Source: Lingula anatina (taxonomy: Eukaryota; Animalia; Brachiopoda). Taken from it: a stretch of 64,000 bases of DNA. Of the stretch, positions 14,249 through 26,923 are shown piece after piece; position 1 is the stretch's first letter, and the number at the start of each line of letters is the position of its first letter. The DNA is taken from contig CM120641.1 in assembly GCA_051362555.1 (NCBI GenBank), positions 38,384,401 to 38,448,400 of the forward strand. Reading direction: 5' to 3'. A model generated the notes under the pieces. That model saw nothing but the letters and a program-made list of their open reading frames with translations, did no database searches and was not told the origin of the DNA. Position numbers and translations under genes: made by a program.

Positions 14249-15896
14249 ATTTAGGCACAGGATAATGAGGGGCTAGTTGTTAAAAGATGCAGGTAGAAGA
14301 AAGTAAAAAAAAATATTGAAACATGCCATTTATAGAGAATGATGTGGCTTTCCCCCATAACCAACCCACTCAGACTTGCCTCAATAATGAACAGATATAC
14401 TTGCAGTAATAGAAAATATGGACTCTTTTAAGTTTGTTGCCCAACTGGCTAATAAGCATACTTTTTATTTTAGCTTTAAAATATTCGGACAAATTAAATG
14501 ATAGGCAAGCGTTTGCTTCCTTTACTGAAGTAGAATTGCTTAGAACTGTTCAATTATATGTTCATATCTTAACATAAATCCATTTCACCATTGAGTAGAC
14601 CGCAGTGCCAGTGATGATCAGACACAACAGCAACATGTCATAAGTTGTTTGGTAGCATTGTAATCATATTTCTACTGAAATATGTCATATAAAGGGTTCA
14701 ATTCCTGAAAAACTCTTCTCTTGGTATCAGATTCTAATGATTTTAACAAAATTATGTAATATTGAAAGTTTTTACGTATTCACTGAGCATTCCTGTGTGA
14801 CTGTATATGTGTGTTTGTGTGCAAGTGTGTGTGACATACTCAACAAATGATGATGCATGAAATATTTAACTCCTTTCCTTAAATATATATTTTTAAAAGA
14901 ATAAAATTGATGTGTACTGATTTAATGTCAGGCCAATGAATGTAATGTTGTATTACGATCACCCATTGAAGGATTGGGAAAAATATGCCATCACCACCAG
15001 TTTGAATTATTCATGAGTACATTGGACTAACAATTGTGAAGTCAAGGTACTGTATGCTGTATACAGTATGGAGTAATTCACTTAGGTTTTCCATTTTGGT
15101 TATAATTTTAGATCCTTCTGGCCATTTTGAATGATAGATGAGTGGTGGTGGCTTTAGATGGAGCTCTCGAGTTCTGATTGCCGTCTGCCATCCCGAATAC
15201 TTGGCTGAAGCCCAGGTCACATGAGGAGAATGAGCCAATGAAAAGAGGAGGATCAGAAGGCCAGCACTGAAGACAAACGCAACAGACAGAAAATGGTATG
15301 TGTCTTGCCGTGATTTTTAGGAGATCCATCTTTAGCTTGGTTATCCTCTAGGTTTGAAATTTAAAGTTGTTAGTGGTTAATATATGACTGTTCTCAATAA
15401 GATATCTCAGTTGAACCTCGGAGCCTGTGGTGGGCTAACTTCTTTCCATCAGGTCAATAGATCTCATTCCAAAAGGGAGCTGAAGCTCTCAGCATTGTCA
15501 TGTATATCCAGACCTGCATCATTGAAGTTAGATCTCTGTGGTGCTTTAACATTTGTAGATCTTATACCTCATATTTTCTTAGGTTTTGTGTAGAGAGATT
15601 AATGTAATCAAGTTTATGAAACTGGAATACAACATAAAATGCAAAAATAAATTAAAAGGTATAATTATATGTATGTAAATCTACATTTATAACAGCAGAT
15701 TTATTTTATTATTTCTACCCTGCTTTCGTATATATTTTTTTCTTTAAAATATCTGTTTATCTCCATTTTAAACATTTCTCCAAAATTATATCAAGCAATC
15801 TCTCAAGAACTCAACAGCCAGTGATAAGCCCAAATGTTAATTTATTTCTATGACACATCCATTCTTAGTGTTTATATGATAGTTCTCCTTTAGATT

Positions 15897-15913
15897 CTCT
15901 CTCTCTCTCTCTT

Positions 15914-15962
<49 letters not shown>
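15897..15962. repeat. Compound (CT)n(CA)n microsatellite
   Basis: Direct reading. Confidence 0.9.
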
Positions 15963-15965
<3 letters not shown>

Positions 15966-16988
15966 TTAGAGAGTTGTGTCACTTTTATGACTTGTTTTTT
16001 CTATATTCAAGGTACATCTTGCATTTTCATATGTGTCTATATATGGGCACCTCTATTACACATAGTTATATGCATGTATGCATAAATAATATGTAAAAAT
16101 ATACACTGTCGATATGACTTTGCTTAAAATAAATATTTTATTAACTGGCTTTAAAATAAAAATGGTACTTTCGATGAGTTACAATCTATTATACACTTTT
16201 CAAGAGAAATCACGTACTTGAATTTTGGTGAATTTAAATTGTTTACTATAAAGTCAAATTTATTTCTGTTTTGATTTATAACCTTAATGGAACTTCGTCA
16301 GCAATGAATGTTTCATGATAAAAAACAAATTTGAAGGAGCAGTGGTAGCAAAAGTTTGTTTAGATATTTTCATCTGTTTCAATGGAATATTTTTTTCATT
16401 TCCATATAGTTCCAAGCACAGTTTCAAGCACAAGCATTTGAAAGTGCATAAAACTAGACAATAAATTCCTTTCTTTTGAATCAGTTGATAACCCCCAAAG
16501 CTTATGGTGTTTTACAAGTCACAGCACTTAAATGAATATATTGGCAATAGATTCCACTATCTAGTTGCCTGTTAAACAACATGTACTTGATAAGGATACG
16601 ATTAATGTATTCTTTTTTGAGGATAGTTCTCTTACTTAAATTTAATAATTGTCTAATATTTTGTTGCCGCTCCCCCATTATCTTTTATTGCAAAGCAGGT
16701 AGAACCGTGTACATGGTATTTTCAAGAGTTCTCAACATTCATACTTCTGCATGTTGCTACATATGTGTGTATCTTTTATACAACTGGTACGATATAATAC
16801 CTACCGCATCCTGGAATTTTTACCCAAGTGTGTGATCTCAGACAGATAAAGTGACTGTATACACCTGGAGTGCTGGTCTGGCTTGACTTCCCACACATTT
16901 GGTACTTTTGTACTGCTACCTGTCGGCATAGGCAATTTTATGGTGAAAGTACCCCCGATGCACGCCTTTATTGTGAAATATCTCAATA

Positions 16989-17023
16989 TTTTCAATTCAA
17001 GATCAAGGCTTATTATGTACAAT
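16989..17023 (-). repeat. Dispersed 35-bp repeat, probable retroelement 3' tail (second copy 21178-21212)
   Basis: ttttcaattcaag(a/t)tcaaggcttattatgtacaat occurs twice, 34/35 identical. The minus strand reads aataagccttgaacttgaattgaaaa, like a short-repeat LINE/SINE tail. Confidence 0.55.
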
Positions 17024-20000
17024 CTAGCACCTCCAATTTAATTCTTGTTACAGTAACCATTACATCCTGGCAAAAAAGGCCAAAGGCCTCTTATCACCAA
17101 TTAATATATCTGGACAAAATTTTTCTTACAAATATCTGTTTTTGCTGTTTGTTTTGTCAGATTAGAAGTATACTTTGTTAGAAGTGTAAACATACCCGTG
17201 CATGTTGACAAAAAAATTATTTTATGAGTATTATAATTCACAAATAATAGAGATAATCCCTTTCAGTAGTAAAAAACACTTGGTGTTTATTGTCAACAAT
17301 TTGTGAATCTTTAAAGTAATTTCTTTTAAAAAAAAACCTAATTGAACTATATTTGCCTCACCACATTATTTCATGATATATGTGGTATATTTCCTTCAAT
17401 AATTTATCTTGGGATAACTTTTTATCCTGTTATATTCCCAAGAATTGCAGGATCTGTGTACAATGTAAGACAGATATTGAGGATAATATCAAAGAAAACG
17501 AGTTACAGAGAGCTAAGTAGTGTTCATATAAAGGGGATATTATGATACAAAGTAGACCTAGGACTTAACTAGAAACACACTCACAGAGTGCAGACCCCCA
17601 CCTAGGCAGCTCACATATGATAAATAATTAATTAATGGATCACCACTAAAATATAATTGATTTAAAATTAATTTCTGAACTTACCTAAATATTTTATCAA
17701 AAATCTGCTGATATCTTTTTTGAGTTGTTAATTAATAAACCAACAAAGGCAAAAGCAAAATCTCCTTGAGAGGGGTAATAAAACTGCATCTACCAGATAT
17801 GCCAAATATAAAAGATAAAAGTTTACAATGAGGTACATAAAAGGTGGGCAGACAAATAAAGGGCACTTGTCATTTATAAACAAAATATTAGTATGATGAA
17901 TTGATTATGCCATATCAAGTGTTTATGTTAAACGTATATTTAGTAAGTAAGAATCAATATTTTGAAAGTGATCCTGAAAGTGCAATTCCACCATTCCAGT
18001 CCAAAATCAGTCGGAAGAGTTGCCCTTACCATCAACACTGATGTCCTTGACATGTCAAAAACTATGTTTAATATGCTTTTTAAAAGATGATTTTGCTTTT
18101 TTTTTTTTTTTTCATTGTAATCTATGTTTTTGTTCGGCTGCCCAGATAGCAAAGAGAACTTAGCAATGAATCAAGGTTCTAATAAAAGAAAAGACATCTT
18201 GCCATCAAGTTGTTGTCAGGTTAGGACATTGCAGTGAAAGTTAAAATTTGGGTACAAGAGAATTCCTAGGTAGATGCAATTACGCAATATTAAAGTTCAC
18301 AGAGAGTGCAGAACCAGGCCTTATTTCGCCTTCGTAATCCAGCATTACAGTTGCATATAGCTATATGACAATACCCCTGATCCAATGGTTTATAATGATG
18401 TCAAATTGACCAACTGCATTCAAATTGAGTTTATTATAGTGGGATGTAATATCATTTGTGTATAGGGCCATCTCTCAGACTAATGACCTGTGCAATTCAG
18501 GCCATCCTTGCCATTGAGATTGGTTTATTGCTTGGGATATAGTAATAGCAACATTAGTTATACTCAACAAATTTAACTAAGGTGTCTTTCTAGTATTTAT
18601 ATCCTGCTCAGCATAGAAGCTATAAGTTAATGAATTATAATAATGATAATAATTTTAAAAATTGCCATTGGTAAGAGATTTGATGAAAAAATAGCAGGGG
18701 GGCTTGTTAGGCAATTTATATGATTGTACTTTCTTTTGAAGTTGTATAGAACATAAAATAACCTAAACTAAAATTCCATTAAATATGGCCTGTCTGTGAA
18801 GCAGAGTGCATACAAGTAATCACATAGGGCAGATATGGCACATGCACATCATGCAGGACAGGTAAAGAAATTTGTGGGAGAGGAAAATTATTTGAGGTAA
18901 GAAAATTTTTTTTATACCTATGGGATCAGAGTAAAGTGATTTTCAAAAAAAAAAAAAAAATGCATTGTTTTGGTTGGTTTTATTTTTGGGTCATTTTCAT
19001 TTGGTTGTTCAGTCAGGTTGTAGTTATATTAACGGATTACATTTTATTGAAAACATGGGTGGACATTAAGTGTCTTATGGGAATGAACAACTTATTTGTG
19101 AAGTATCAGTAGAAAAAATAAAACATCTGAAGTACCCAAAAGGATTGAATTGCCTTCAAATGTCTATTGATAAACATTATTACTGTTTCTCTTGAACCCT
19201 TGTATTCTTTGCTACATTTTAGTCCAGACTGCCAACAGCGGTATCTTGTTAGACGGTTGACCACCTACCACACTTAGATAACAATAGCTCATCACAAGAC
19301 AAATGTATATCACAATCTGATGCAAACTGACAGAAATATCCGCCAATGTGAATATTAGTGTCTATATTCTAACACCAGTGTTCGGGCCTATGTTATAACC
19401 TATGTGCTTCTATCTTGTTTTTAATGTCTCTATGTACCTGATCGCTATAATGCTTATGGCTCATTCTGTGTCTGTATCTTCACAGTTTAAAAATATTTTG
19501 AAAGAACCTATAAGTTTGCCTTAACCTAGTCGTGCTAGCATTGGAAGGCATTCAAGTTCACAAAGAGTAAGTAAATGGGGTTTAAGTTATCATGACAACA
19601 GTCATGAACGTTTTAGCCTCTTTGCCTATTTTATCATTATGTAACAGACCACCAGGCTAAAAAACCTTATGTAAACAATGTGTCTGATCACTATATCTAA
19701 CATGCACCAAGCCTTGGCTATAAAAATCCCTGAACCCGCACTAATAGGTTAATGTCTGTAGTGACATTTAGTGGAAGTTTTTACAAATTGACTTAGACTA
19801 ATCATTCCTGATTATTTCAGTCAGTTCTTAGACTGAACAGACTTTTACTTTTGGCTGTGTAATGTCTCATTAATAGCATGTAATGTTTTTTTACACATTA
19901 TTCGTAACAAATTTTTATTATTTAAGATATTGGGTAATGTAATATATTTTGCTTTTCTTTGTTATTTTATGTTAATTTGTTTACATGAAGTCATATTCTG

Positions 20001-21433
20001 TGCAGTCTAAATTATAAGTAAATTGATAAATAAACCTTTTAAACCAAATAAAAGCAGTTAAAATTTTTCTAATTCAAACCCGAACAGATCAAAGATACAT
20101 CAATCAAAAGTATCAAAGTAAAGTATCCATCAAATGTATTGATGGATAGGCTTTGGGAGTTGCATTTGAATAGTATTATTTGTTCATAGATAATTTTTCA
20201 GAATATATACTTGCTAAACACATTTGTTAGCAATGGGGTTTAACTAATATTTTGCAGACAGTAGGATATGGACATTTAAAGGTCTAAAAATTACCAGTGG
20301 GACCTGTACTAGTAAAATATCAATTTGAAATGCCTGTGCTGAAGCACTCTATTTCATAGAAACTAATGTTAAACTTAGATATTTGATTAGAATGAAGTAA
20401 TTTTTCTTCAGTCAACAGCTTAATGTTGAAATAGTTTTTACCTCCAATATTTCAATATTAAGCTGCAATATTAGAAGAAAAATTTCTTCATTCTGTAACA
20501 TACCACAGCTGATGAAATTCTTCTCTGATTTAGATATTTGGTATTTTAAAAAACAATGTGGAAAAATACTGCCAAACATTTTATCTTGTTAATATTTATT
20601 TGTATCACAGATGTCATTTGATAGGAAAGTGAAGAATATTCTTAAAGAAAAAAAAATGGTTAGATAAAAAATCATTTGGTGAACTTATTACTAAAAGATC
20701 CTAGGAAATTGCCGTTTATGCCAAGAACCTGGTGTTTGTGCATAGGCTTTAAAGAGCTTATGACCCCTGTTATGAAAATTAAAAGCAGGCCAATAAAAGA
20801 CATTCAATAGAACTTTAAATTATATTCACTACTGTTTTATTTATTTTTTTTTCTTAATTGTATGAATAAAGTTTGCTTGTAGGATTTTATCATAGATTCC
20901 TCAAAGAAAATTAGAATAGGTTGGTAGTTCCATTATTGTTGTCATGTACAGCTATGGGTAGCACCAGCATAAGTTTAACAAAAAGTTAAAAAAATTTAAA
21001 AGCAGTTGTCTCCATGTTTGATTTGGGTCATTGTTCCATTTATAAAACCCGGAAATTCATTATAAGGGTAGTATTCATATGCCTCTCAAAGAACTCAATG
21101 TACTAATGAAAAGTGAAGATTTAAAAGATTTGAACTTTAAAGACCAAACAAGTACTGCACAGTCATGCATTGCAACTTTTTCAATTCAAGTTCAAGGCTT
21201 ATTATGTACAATATCAAATTTTACATGGAATGATGAGCAGGCCAATACATGCATAAATACATTGATACATAGCAAATACAAGCAAAATTTGTAGAGAAGA
21301 ACAATAATACCTGATTTATTTTGATAACAATTATGAAAAGTTTTTGCTTTGATATCTTGGTCACTATATTATCTTTCGTAGAAATGGATTTTAACCTGGA
21401 TTTGATTTGGTTAAACTGTCAAATGAGAAGTCT

Positions 21434-21930
21434 AACTGGTCCTAACAGTAGCCTTCAATGCAGTACTGGCCCTCCCTGCAGTATTGGCCTTCACAGCAAT
21501 ATTGGTCCCATGACCCTAATTACAATATTGGCACTTACTGCAGTATTGGTCTATCGCATTAGTAGATTTACCCTTACTTCACTATTGGCCCTAATAGTAG
21601 TATTGGCCCTTCCTGTAATATTGGCCCTAATGGGAGTATAGCACTCACTGCAGTATTAGCCCCAATGGCACAGCATTGGCCCTGTCTTTAGAATTGGCCT
21701 TCGCAGCAGTATTGGCCCCAATGGTACAGTACTATTGGGCCTCAATGCAGTATTGGCCTTCATTGCAATGTTGGTCCCCTTGGTAGTATTGGCCCTAATT
21801 GCAATGTAAGCACTAACTGCATTATTGGTCTTTCGCATTAGTAGATTCGACCTTACTATAGTATTGGCCCTCATAGTAGTATTGGCCCTGATGGAAGTAT
21901 TGGCCCTCACAGTAGTATTATCCCTCACTG
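21434..21930. repeat. Degenerate 18-bp minisatellite (consensus ~agtattggccctcactgc), roughly 27 units
   Basis: tattggccct cores recur at 18-bp spacing, e.g. gtattggccctcatagta / gtattggccctgatggaa / gtattggccctcacagta. This explains the repetitive ORFs 21321-21641 and 21656-21946. Confidence 0.9.
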
Positions 21931-23214
21931 AAATGTTTTTACTCAAATGTTTTATTAAAAGTTTGTGTTGACAGTGCTATCCCAAGCTGAGAGTGAAGAT
22001 TCCAGTTTACCTATAGTCATAAAGTCACCTAGAAAGAGAGTATGCAAGGTACTTAACTGACCAGTCAAACACATCGGCATGAATATATGGACTGTAGAAA
22101 TGTCTGCTTAATCTTTGGCCAAAATGGGGACAAGCAATTGGCAACCCTGTTTGCATATATTTTACAAGTACACCTCACAAGGACTGATATAAAACCTTTC
22201 ATAAATTCAAAACCCATAGATATTTAGGATATTTAAGAGTTGTGTCCATTAACGCAAAAAGTTCATATTGTTTAATTATATGAAGCCATTATAAAGTATA
22301 TTATGAGCCCAACAGCAGGATTTTTTTACAAATGGGAATGCTTTGTAATCTCACTACTTTTATTTTGAGTTCAAACCGATGTTTTAGTTTGCCAACTCTT
22401 TCTTACAATATTTTCATCTCGTGAATCTGTTGGATAGAAGGACAAAAATAGACCATTTTGTATATGTTTTTCATGAAACCAAAATGCAACCAAAGATGCA
22501 ATCACGCAATCTATGTTCCAGTCTCCCTCAGTCCTTGTCTCTATCTTTGTTTCCTTTCCCACTCACTCTTTGAGTGAGTATTGAGAATGGTTACATCTTA
22601 ACGCAGAATTCCATTGGTCAGATTATTGTGTACAACCATTCTGGTTTCTTCATGCCTCAGTAAGAGTATGTGCTATTTTATATCTGCAAGCAATATTACA
22701 TTGCTGACATGGTTTCCATATTCCTTGAACAATACACCAAAGGAATGTAGCCTGTGCTCATTCATACATTCAGTGCTGAAGGACACAAGTTGAGCTGGCC
22801 GTAAATTATTCAGCAAGGAAGAAGGGAAATTCAGGTGATAATGGTAAGCAGATGCTACGGTGTGACTTTTTTCAAATTGTTTCAACTTTTAAATGAAGGT
22901 ATTAGGTTGGATAAACATGGGATGATTTGGTTGGTATCTTTTAGAAATAGGTTGATGGAAATTGTACCAAATAAATGGTAGGGTGTTCATATAGACAAGA
23001 TACAAATTAATGTCATATACACATGCATGTGTTACATAGTACCTTTAGCAGTAATATTTTTCCATTTGATTTTTTTGTTGAATATTTCATAAATCATCAT
23101 ACTGATTTTGATCAGGGGTGATTTTAAGATCAGCATTTCCTGTGTTATCATGGTGACCAAGATGTCCCATGTGACAAAGTACCATACCTGAAGTATCTAT
23201 CAAATTTCTCCAAG

Positions 23215-23440
23215 GTAACAGCATTAGCTAACCTATGAATGAATGCCCACTCCCTACACATTGAAAGACAATATGGTATGTCTTTCAAAATACCACCAAA
23301 AACATGTTTCTGTCCCTTTTATGATATGATAGAATACCAAATCCACTTTTTATGCAACTTTGATAAATATTCACAAGAGAGATCACTTTTCCAAATTCCC
23401 AAAATTACCGAAAGAAAAATTCAAAATGGTCATTGACCAA
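23215..23440 (+). mobile_element. Decayed non-LTR retrotransposon (LINE) ORF2 C-terminal fragment
   Basis: Translation AHSLHIE..Y...IP...CFCPFY..IEYQIHFLCNFDKYSQER resembles the typical LINE C-terminal motif H.L.IE.GRY..IP..R.C.FC..IEDE.HFL..C..Y...R. Degraded, with an upstream stop. Confidence 0.7.
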
Positions 23441-26400
23441 ACCAAAATCTCTTCAACTTGAACAGCTAAAGAGATAGCAGTGTCACTAAGTCAGAGTTAC
23501 TTAATTCAAACAGGTTTCATTTTCAGAACAGGAATGATGCATTGACAGATATAGAATTAGCTTGCAGTTATATCCTGATATATTATTTATGTTATTTGTT
23601 CTTTGTCTGATTTTACATAGTTAATGCTTCAGTGGAGTTCTTTCAGTGGGGTATTTGGTTACCATGAAGTATTCTTCAGGATGTAGGGTAGATATCATGT
23701 TTTGCTTTTTATGCGCAGTTTTATATTATTTTTCTGTTACTTTTCTTGGTACCAAGTGGGATCCTTACAGGTGGATGTTGCTGCTTTTCCAAACAATAAT
23801 CTGGTGAAAAACTGCTTGGGTCATCGTCAGGATATGGGGCACTCCACAGTGGGACCCATACACCATGTAAACCATTATGACTTTTGACTTAGGCCAGCAT
23901 TCTCATCAGGGTAATATATAAAATTGTGCTATTCTTGGCTCCTATCTGCACCAAGATTGTGTGAAGGAATGCTTCAAGTCCTATGGTGCATGACTGAAAT
24001 ATAAAGCAATGGGTGGTTTAGGGGTTAGGTTTAAAAGCTAAGGAAGGATAATTACAGGGTTTAGGATGTAGTCCTGAAGATTTGAAAAATGTACACGTTT
24101 GACTTTTTTTCAATGATGAAAAAGTGTTAAATATGTTGTATTGAAGTATTATTGTAAGTATTTTTAATTAATTATTGTGGCCTTTTTTTTTTTTTTTTTT
24201 GGCTCCCGGTATGTGTGTGTGTGCATGTGTGTGTGTGTGTACATTGAGGTATACTTTTTGCTGAGAAACCAACAACAGTTGGTGTGAATTATGGCATAGT
24301 CATGAAAGTGAAAATAGGCATGCAGGTATTTTAGGGAAAATAACCTTAAATGTTCTTTTTTCTTACCTTTTTGCATGGGATAAGAAATATGTGGGTCAGT
24401 ACATGAGTTTGGAACATTGAGATGAATTACGGTGTATTTTCTTGTAGGTAGTGGTGTCATATGATTTTTTCCAGTAAATTTGGCCAAGGTGCACTTTCTG
24501 TTCCTTGCTGTTTAAGCACCCCCCCCCCTCCCCTTTTCCCTCTCTATTCACAGAGGATGGTTTGATAGATGTGTGTAGTGAACTCTGGCAATCTGGGTTA
24601 GTCACAACATTCCACACATAACTTCTTTGAAGGTACAACAGATATGGTTACACTGGGGGGTCAGCTTCAGAACAAAAAAACTGACATAATTGTTCTATTT
24701 AATATACATGGATGTACCTTTGATTATATATTTCATATTCTGTTGATTTTTTGTTCATTATATATGCACTGCTGCTTTACTGCATGTAGTATCTTCTGAG
24801 GGTTTTTATTCCTGATTGTATGGTTAAGGATGAGGATCAAGTAACCAAAGTTTTGGGCACAGTCTTGTGTTTTTTCTCTTTGTTCATGGGCATAATTTAA
24901 TGACAATGGTGATAATTGATGTCTTAAAAATATGCTACACACAAATGTCTGAGCATTGTTTACGAATATTATTACACATCCCCCAATGTTATATGGGGTG
25001 TGTGTGTGTAATAACATAACTATATAAGTATCATGACCATCTTCCCATTCAGCCTGGAAATCCAGTTCATCCATTCTGTGTTGCCATCTCACCTAACACA
25101 ATAAACAACTGGGCTTGGTGCACTCTTAGTGTGTATATTTTTACCACTACTGCCAAAACTCAGTAGTCTTCAAACCTCCTGTATTTTCACTTGCCCATAA
25201 TATATATAAGCAAAGGCATACCTGTGGTGTACCTGTAATTAGTGTTGCGTGCTAGCAGTGCATTAAGGTACTCTATGGGGTTTAGTAAGTAGCATTCCTG
25301 GGTGATTATTAGATTTCTATCATGCTTGCTATGGAATTTATTGTTGAATTATAAATATTCCTGCTACGGCATTTATTGTCACCTTTAATTTGGACACCCA
25401 AGGATATACATGATGGTAGTCAAGTGTGTATTGACCAGGACATAAACCTTATAAGGTTTATCTTGCCATACAATAGGCTTCTTATTTGGGAGATTACCAA
25501 GTTTTAATCTTGATTTATATGAAAGCAACTAATTAAAGAAGTGTTTTACTGCTATTGACATTTCATTTATTGACAAATTGATCAGTTGCAGCAATAGCTT
25601 ATGAAACAAAAAGCCAAGAGACCAGTTTTCATTTAGATATACTTTTTTTACCTGAGGGAATCAGTATGATAAACAGGTGCATTTTATTGGGTAAATACTT
25701 ACAGCAGCTTATGCTGTGCACGTAAAATACAAGGGCAGTGCATGAATCTCTCAAGAAAAGGGCACTGAACCCTGTCTATGGATATGTACAAACTGCATAC
25801 ATCGAGGAAGACACAACATCTTACCAAATTTTTTTTTCAAGTCTCACAGACTCATCCAATTCTAGAAAGGTCAGTGTTAGGTCAGGTCTTGTTGCTGGGT
25901 TCAAAGCATGCTACTTTTAGCTTGGGACAGATCTGGAGCAGGTTTTACCATTTCTACATGTAAACCAATCCCAAAATAAGTAGTTGGGAGATAACGAGGA
26001 CTTCACATGGCATGCATCATGCCACAAATACAGTATACCTGGGGAAATAATCCCCCCTGCCCAACCAAGAAAACTTATTTTAAGGACTGTTAAAGATATG
26101 CTATCCACTTTTGAAAATGCCCCCCATGTTGTATTTTTGATGCCTGCATATCTTGCAGGGCTTCTTAAAGTAGCTTTCTCAATTCAGACCTTGAAATTAT
26201 TTAAACCCCTCAAATATATTATGCTCAATATATAATATATGTGCATGATATATAAAATAAATAGAATGATCATTGCATTGTAACTTAAAGCATTCCACAA
26301 ATACTTAATTGTGTTTAAAAATCAGTTTACCTTTCACCTTGTAGTAAAAAAATTGAAATGTTTAAAATTATTATGTGATTATCTTTGGTGTAACCTGGAT

Positions 26401-26799
26401 CAATTTAGCAGTGCACAGTGTATACCATTGCTAACTAATGCATTCTTATGGGGGAAATCAAATTAATTTTGCATGGTTGAGTGAAAAATATGTGAGATGT
26501 AAATGGCAAATGGGCATTATTGTCTGTGTGAACATTTAATATTAAAGAATGATACTTTTTTAACAGAAGAGTACAGAAGAGTACATAAATATCGTTATGT
26601 ATAGCCTAATATTTAAGAAACTGAAACAGAAATTTTACCAGGTGGAAAGTTATTACCTTGCCTTTTTTTTCTTGCTTTGTCTTCAAAGGTGTTGTACATG
26701 TATAACTCTTTTTTCTGTTTGCATTGTCTGAAGTTTCAAATAAATTTCATACATGATTTACATTACCTTGACAGTGCCAAAAACCAAATCCATTTCAAT

Positions 26800-26923
<124 letters not shown>

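Noticed and set aside
14611-14677. C box (GTGATGA) and D box (CTGA) at snoRNA-like spacing
   Set aside because: No terminal stem and no recognisable rRNA antisense element; expected by chance.
20124-20148. 10-bp perfect inverted repeat tatccatcaa-atgta-ttgatggata
   Set aside because: Too short for a miRNA and isolated; compatible with chance or a TE remnant.
21434-21930. CRISPR-like periodic repeat
   Set aside because: Eukaryotic locus; units are contiguous 18-mers without unique spacers and there are no cas genes.
23860-23915. Hammerhead-like CUGAUGAG core on the minus strand
   Set aside because: The GAAA position reads AAAA, stem II is mismatched and I could not build stems I and III; at best a decayed repeat remnant.
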